DNA of 63,975 nucleotides, the filler included, from Trypethelium eluteriae (taxonomy: Eukaryota), in assembly GCA_051942245.1 (NCBI GenBank). It is 5 parts of 5 records of this genome, joined end to end, with 100 filler letters (N's around TTAATTAATTAA, not from the genome) between each part and the next. Parts side by side here need not be neighbours in the genome. Positions count along the whole stretch, not along the records: positions 54,222 to 63,975 come from JAVECL010000906.1; 4 more parts are not named here. One strand, 5' to 3'. Positions 58,125-63,975 of the stretch are shown here, piece after piece. The translations under genes and the position numbers were made by a program. Positions within the stretch are counted from its first letter, which is position 1. Each line of letters starts with the position of its first letter. Below the pieces are notes generated by a model, which saw nothing but the letters and a program-made list of their open reading frames with translations, was not told the DNA's origin and ran no database searches.

Positions 58125-59598
58125 TCACAACTGTGCCCTCGGTCCAAACGACTCCCAGGCCTCATCAAATCCCGCAGAACGGACCCAACGGTTTCCACCC
58201 GCCTCCACTGAATCTATTGCCATATGGCCAAGCTGCAGCCACATATCGCCCTTGATCTTGAAGGTATCCTTCTGCTCATACGGCGCAGAAATGGCCTGCC
58301 CATGGGCCAGAGCCCTGATCAACTTCGCCACATGTCCTTCATCTTCGTGGCTTCTGGCCCGCTTAAAGATCGGATCCCAATTATTCGCAGGTTGCTTCGG
58401 TATATAGTTCCGAATCTCATCTATCAGAGGCTCCGGGCTCCTCCTTGATGCATACATGGCGAGACTGGTCCACACAAACCATTCGAGCAGCCTCGCCTTA
58501 TCTTCCTTGGCCAGCCATTGCTGCTTCATGAACGCCGGGATAAAGATGGTGCAGTTGAGGCAGTGCATGTAGTAGAAGTCGAACTTGATCTGCTTCGGTG
58601 GATGCTGCGCGCCACCGGTGAAATACGCGATCGCGTTCGTCGTCTCGGCCGTCGTCTCATCCAACTCGTCGGGCCGGACGGTGAACTGGCTCGCGTAGTG
58701 CACCATCTTCTCCGGAGCCCGCTTGAGGATGCCATCTCTGATTAAGTTGCCATCGCCGAAATGGGGCGCAGCGCGAAGATCCTGGTCAGCACGGATTTCG
58801 TCGAGAAGTTGCACAATGGGCTTGGATGGCTTGTCTCGGTTGGCTTTGGCAGCCTGTTCGACGCCGAGGAGAAGCTGCGAGATCCAGTTCGTGTGCACGG
58901 CGGCTTGAGCTAGGGCTTCGGCGATGATGGCGGGCTGTTTGAACTCGACGCCGAAGCCGAGGTGGATGATGGGATGAAGGAAGCCTCTCGAGATTTCAGC
59001 TGTTCTCCGAAGTGATAATTCTCACTCTCATGTTACCTTAGCACTTACCAGCGAACATCCGGACTAACAGATCGTCAGATCTTTCATCATGTGCAAAAAG
59101 GTAATCTTCCATGGTCTGCTCCCACCCCTTCACATCGATCTCTTGCTGAAAAAAGGTGAGGAAGTCGTGATAGTGTTTCTCATTTCCAAGGTACTTCTTC
59201 CAGTTCTCAGCGTCATGCATTTCTCTGACTACTGCATTATCTGAGTGCATCATATTGCGCTGATAATTTGTATTGTCCTTATACATCTTTTCAATTGTTG
59301 ACGGTGGAGCTCCAAGGGCATAGACAGTAAGCAAGTGGTGAACAATATGATTATGAAACCCGGACTGGTTGAAGAAGATATGGAATTTGTTGTGGTTCTC
59401 TGACAACAATTCCGAGGCCTTCTGTGCGGCATCAAGATTGAGGCTCGGTACAGAGAGCTCTGGGAGCTCGCCCGGGTTGAGAGTAACGATTTGGGGAGTG
59501 GCCATGCTGTGCAATAGAGCTGAACTTTGTGTAGAAGTCAACGATGAGATTAGAGGTCTTAAGGCAAGACGAGAAGGAAATGAGAGGAGCGCTCTCAT
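58125..59598 (-). CDS. Questin oxidase-like / HypA (AflY, DUF4243) family oxidoreductase, one intron
   Basis: FHIFFNQSGFHNHIVHHLLTVYALGA, RMFA|GFLHPIIHLGFGVEF, KFDFYYMHCLN, DEGHVAKLIRAL, WVRSAGFDEAW. Confidence 0.9.
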
Positions 59599-60493
59599 AT
59601 GGCAAAGACTAAGTTTGCCCAATGTGCAAGACAAACGCCTAAATGTTGATCGCGTCACGTTGTACTGATGGGAGTTCTACAGCAGGTCGGCCCCCAAACG
59701 GAGCGAAGGCCGACAAATTGCATAATCATTTCCGAGTTGGTAATTCTTTGGCCAATTTAGAGTGCTGCCGATTCACAAGGTATACGGGGTACTGGGTTTG
59801 GAGTGGGCTAGTACAGGACACCCTTCATTCCGGCCCCTAACCTTGACGTATTACCTGACCCCTCATTCGCTGCGATCTCGTAATCTTGTCATGTGCCTGG
59901 TATAGGTAACGCGAAAGCGAGACGAGGCTTCTATTATTCATAGTATTGACTCCTGTTCAGCCTACTGGATGACATTTTCGGGTGGTCTAGAGCATGCCTG
60001 CCTGCAAACTCATGTCACGCAGTAACCGGGCAAACCACCTTTGCGATGGATGTTTTCTTTAAAATCCGTAGCGTATATTACATTGATGGCTGTTGAAGGA
60101 TGGAACGCCTCGATGTGTTCGTACTGTGGTTTCTTGATGCTGATGCACAAATGCTAACCAGGAAGATTGCGTTCTTTCTGACCTAGCCTTCCTAGTCTTG
60201 GAGTATATCACATCTCGTCCACCATGGGCTACTACCCCGGTGCTAAAATTTTGGTCACCGTGACTTCACATGGATGCATGGGTACCGTTCTCGCTTCGCT
60301 CTGAAGGTGGTTCCGAGCTCTGTGGATTTTGTTTTCGAATTGAATATATTTACAAAAACCCCAACCCAACCCGACGCAAGCCTCGAAGCTTCGGATCCCC
60401 GCATGCAGCCATCTTACGAAATATTCACGTCATATGAGACCCGAACGAGTATTGAAGTAGATCGGCCGTAGACTCTGTCTTATCAAGAGACCC

Positions 60494-62594
60494 CTAGTTC
60501 CCTCCGGACTTCAGCATCTTTTCAATGTCAGAAAGCATGGCAGAGAGCCATGCATACAACTCTTGCAACGTGCTCGGGTCGAGACCACCGGTGCTAGTGC
60601 TGGAAGCAGACGGAATAGGTGGTACAATACCAGACGCGTTTGCAGGAGCTGACACAGTGGGCAATGGAGCAGATGAGATCGATGGCAGTGCAACAGACGA
60701 AGCAGTAGCCAACGCAGCTGACGACGTGGCGATAGCAACCGCAGAGCTCTCGTCCTCATCACCCGAGTCGTCACAGTCGCCGGAGTCTTCGTCAGTGGTA
60801 GACGCTTCCGGGGAGGCTGCGGACGTGATCGATGTGGCGGCTTGAGAAGTGACAGGGACACTGGACATGGGAGGCACAACAGTCGAGGTGCGAGCTGATG
60901 TGACTAGAGTGGTGGGAGCAGCGTTTGTAGCTGCGCTTGTAGCTGCGCTCGCGCTGCTGCTAACAGCCGCAGCCGAACTGGTCGAAGAAGCTGCTTCGAT
61001 AGCGGCGGAAGAGACAGAGCTAGCTGCGGCAGAGGTAGCGGGACTGGCCGCGGCAGACGATGCTGCCGTGGTAGTGCTGCCGGAAGAACCGTCAAGGCTC
61101 ATGCAAGCGAAGCTCATCTGCTTTGTCGTTGCAGATGAGCCGGCATAAGCAACTGGCTGGGACAGGTCCCAGGTCATGCTCACGTATGGCCAGCAGATCC
61201 GGCCGTCGCTCATCGTTACCATATCTCCCGCAACGTAGGTATCCGTCTCTACGAGCGGTGCGCCGACTTTTGCGCCGGTGGAGTCAACTTGCTGGAATTT
61301 GGAGCCGGCAAATTTACCCCGGCAGCCCATGGCGATATAGTCACAGATTGGGTCTTCGATCTCTTCCCATGTGACGAGAGCATTGTCGGCACCAAAGGTC
61401 GCAGCATGCGCGTTGGAGCAATCGTTCGCTCCTTCGGTGATCCAATTGACCTGACTATCACCGTCGGTGGCGCCGACCTCAGAAGTTGCCTGAGCGCCGA
61501 CTTTGGTGTACTTGTCAGAGAAAAGCGAAATTGCGACATTGCGGGGATTGGTGCGGTTCAGAGAGTGAGTATAGCCTGTGCCCATCCAGGTGTTCTCGCT
61601 AAGGTCAATGGCGCCACGAGATACCCAAGAGAAGATGTAGTTCGTGGAGGTTGCAAATTGGGCGAGGGCGCTGTAGCTGCCAGACATACCACCCATGGGT
61701 TCTCCGTCTCCTCCGTTTGTGGTATTCTCGTTTGAGATCTTGACGCCGGTTGTGCTCATACCCTGACCCTTGGTGTTCAGCCAGATGGCGCCCTGGTCTT
61801 CAGCGCAGATACTGGCAAAAGGCGCGGCGTCAGCAGCTTCAAACGCGATACCTGTATTGTGACTGCAACCCCATGTGCTGGTGGCACCAGTGATTGTTTG
61901 CAGGGCGCCTTTTTCATTGACATATTGAATACTGTCCCCAAAATGGCCACTGGCATCACCAGTATAATCAGTCACGACGAAGTATGCGCCATACAGGCCG
62001 GCTGTCGCAGAGTAGACTAGATCACCATTCATATCTGGAGCCATACCCAGCCCAGAGGAACTGGTGACAGTAGGACCAGCGAGCCAAGTTTTCCAGCTTT
62101 GCGCTCCATTAGTATACCGATAAAGGACAGGGACTGGAGTGTTTCCAGGCGGGGCATTGGCAGTTCCGGAAGGCACAGGCTCGTTCACCATAACAGCAAA
62201 CCCATCGTTCTGAGCGACGAGCCCACCAGCTTGAAATCGTTAGCTCAAGATATAGCGACGGGGTTGCCTCGAGATATCACCAACCTTCCTTGGCTCCAGT
62301 CAGAGTGACAGTAGTGCCAGTAGCTTTGAAGGTTGTAGGATCGACTGGTTGCACGTGCACGTCTGTCTCGCTGCTGTCGAGGTACGCAATATAGGCAGAT
62401 TTTCCATCGGGGGATACTGCGAATGGCGTGCGACGATGGTGAGGATAGCCAGTCCAGTAAGCTGCCTTGACAGGACCAAATTCGAAATCAAGGTCCAAGA
62501 CGTTCACATCCTTCTGTAAATTGGACTCAGTCAGAGCCGCGAATGAAGCCTGCACAGCAGAGAGCAGTAAAAGAGCGGAAGATTTGACCAGCAT
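60494..62594 (-). CDS. Secreted uncharacterised protein with ~450-aa globular (beta-rich) domain, Ser/Thr/Ala linker and C-terminal helix, intron 62230-62284
   Basis: Signal peptide MLVKSSALLLLSAVQASFA, AAYWTGYPHHRRTPFAVSPDG, GAKE|AGGLVAQNDGFA, GHFGDSIQY, WGCSHNTG, CAEDQG. Confidence 0.88.
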
Positions 62595-63975
62595 GCTGGG
62601 CCAGTAGAAAAACGAGTGACGATGAAAAGAGTGACTTCAAAGAATGAAACGAAGCAAAATCCACATCAAAAGGAATGACAGTTGACGCAGTGGCGAGAGA
62701 GTAGACCTACTGTATCCCATCGTCATATTTAAAGAGAAGTACTCTTCGACTCTGGATTTCCGGAAATTTAGTTTCCCTGGGCGGATGCTTGGGCGCGTTT
62801 TGTTTTGAATGCGCTTCAGGGATGGCTTACCTCTAGGGCGACGCCCTCGACCGAGTGCTATATTGATTCTTCTAGCGTCTCTTCGCAGATGACTGCTAAG
62901 TCGGAAAAAACCAGACAATGTTGAACATTGTCGAAGACGACACTCCGTTGACTTGTAGCTAAGAACCCTGAGTTGGCAAAAGAGACTTCCAGAAACCTCT
63001 CTCTGCGTTGAAATGAGTGGTTGTGACCAAATTCTCGCAATCGATCGGCCAAGCAGACTTGCTAAATTGCAGGAGTTTTGAAACGAGCGGAACCGAGAAC
63101 TCGCGTTTCACTGCCCATGCCTAGCGGCAACGATCCTAAATACCTTATCGATTTAATCCCGGGAACCCTGACGTAAAGAACGAGAGGGGTAATGTTCTAT
63201 CAAATATATGAGGAGGCATCTGCGAAGTGGTCAAAGAGCGATGCTGGGCTGGGCAGTAAGCAAGCAGCGGAACTGATGCAGTACACCAAAAAACAAATAT
63301 AACCTTAAATGCACCTCAGGATCTTTCTCCACAACATAAAGACATTCGGTAACAATTTTAGTAGTGATGAACCTATCAAAATTGTGTAAAGACCACGACG
63401 GCCTCATCATTGCTCCTCCTGCCTCTACCTACTTTCGCAGATCAGAAGAGTCAAACAGAAATCCATCTGCTATTGGACATAGTACAACGCCTGCAAACCG
63501 TCTCTGACTCAAAGGATTCTATCTTTTGCTCCTGGACGCGTAGATGCCACCCCGATCGTCCGGAAGGGTGGTGACGGTAGACGCTTTCGCATCTCATCGG
63601 GATAATCAGAATCTGAGAACTAGCCAGCTCGAAGGATCAATCTAAGTAGGTGACCTAAGGTGACTCAGTGTAAGTTGGGAAAACATCATGAACAACTACC
63701 TCAAATTCGGGAGAGTCGGGGCGCAATAGTCGGGCCCGAACGGTGCCGTGCGCTTTATACAATCCGTCTGCCGGCCGACTTCAAGTATAATAATAAGGCC
63801 TAGGACTTGTTGGAGAAGGTAGACTCAAATCAGAACCATGTTTTCGTCTACTCATTGACCACACGCCCTTGCTTTACCAAAACACTAGCCAAAATCTCAT
63901 AGTCGTATTTCATTAATTCGAAAACAAAAGCCTCTTATTATCTCAATCATCTCCATCATCTTAATCACCCCAAGG

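Overview
Eukaryotic DNA from a filamentous ascomycete (Pezizomycotina), judged from short GT-AG introns with CTRAY branch sites and fungal gene families. The window is not one locus. It is five unrelated contigs (1-13506, 13607-27081, 27182-40655, 40756-54121, 54222-end) joined by an artificial 100-bp spacer (44 N + TTAATTAATTAA + 44 N), apparently in decreasing length order, and most breaks fall in GC-rich or repetitive sequence. I reconstructed about 30 genes by hand. Housekeeping and mitochondrial genes: MSP1, ATP19, MTFP1/MTP18, URA6, eIF3m, PNO1, MDM31, UGO1, YAH1, a GCK-III/MST kinase, an OPT transporter and a GT8. Accessory genes: MBOAT acyltransferase, GH43 xylosidase, C45/IAT-like hydrolase, DUF3500 protein, questin-oxidase/HypA family protein, several secreted or Cys-rich surface proteins, a repeat-built cell-wall protein and a frameshifted HET pseudogene. 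The best leads are (1) a patatin lipase spliced to an EH-domain-like C-terminus rather than an NLR core, (2) an in-frame mitochondrial-leader/TM ORF separated from URA6 by one stop codon that an alternative intron can remove, (3) a 6-exon secreted protein with G1 (eqolisin)-like Gln/Glu motifs, (4) a tiny spliced secreted Cys-peptide precursor, and (5) a DUF3500 + HypA pair in which HypA may be dual-targeted. No rRNA, tRNA, CRISPR array or intact transposon was recognised. All family calls come from motif recognition and no database search was run.
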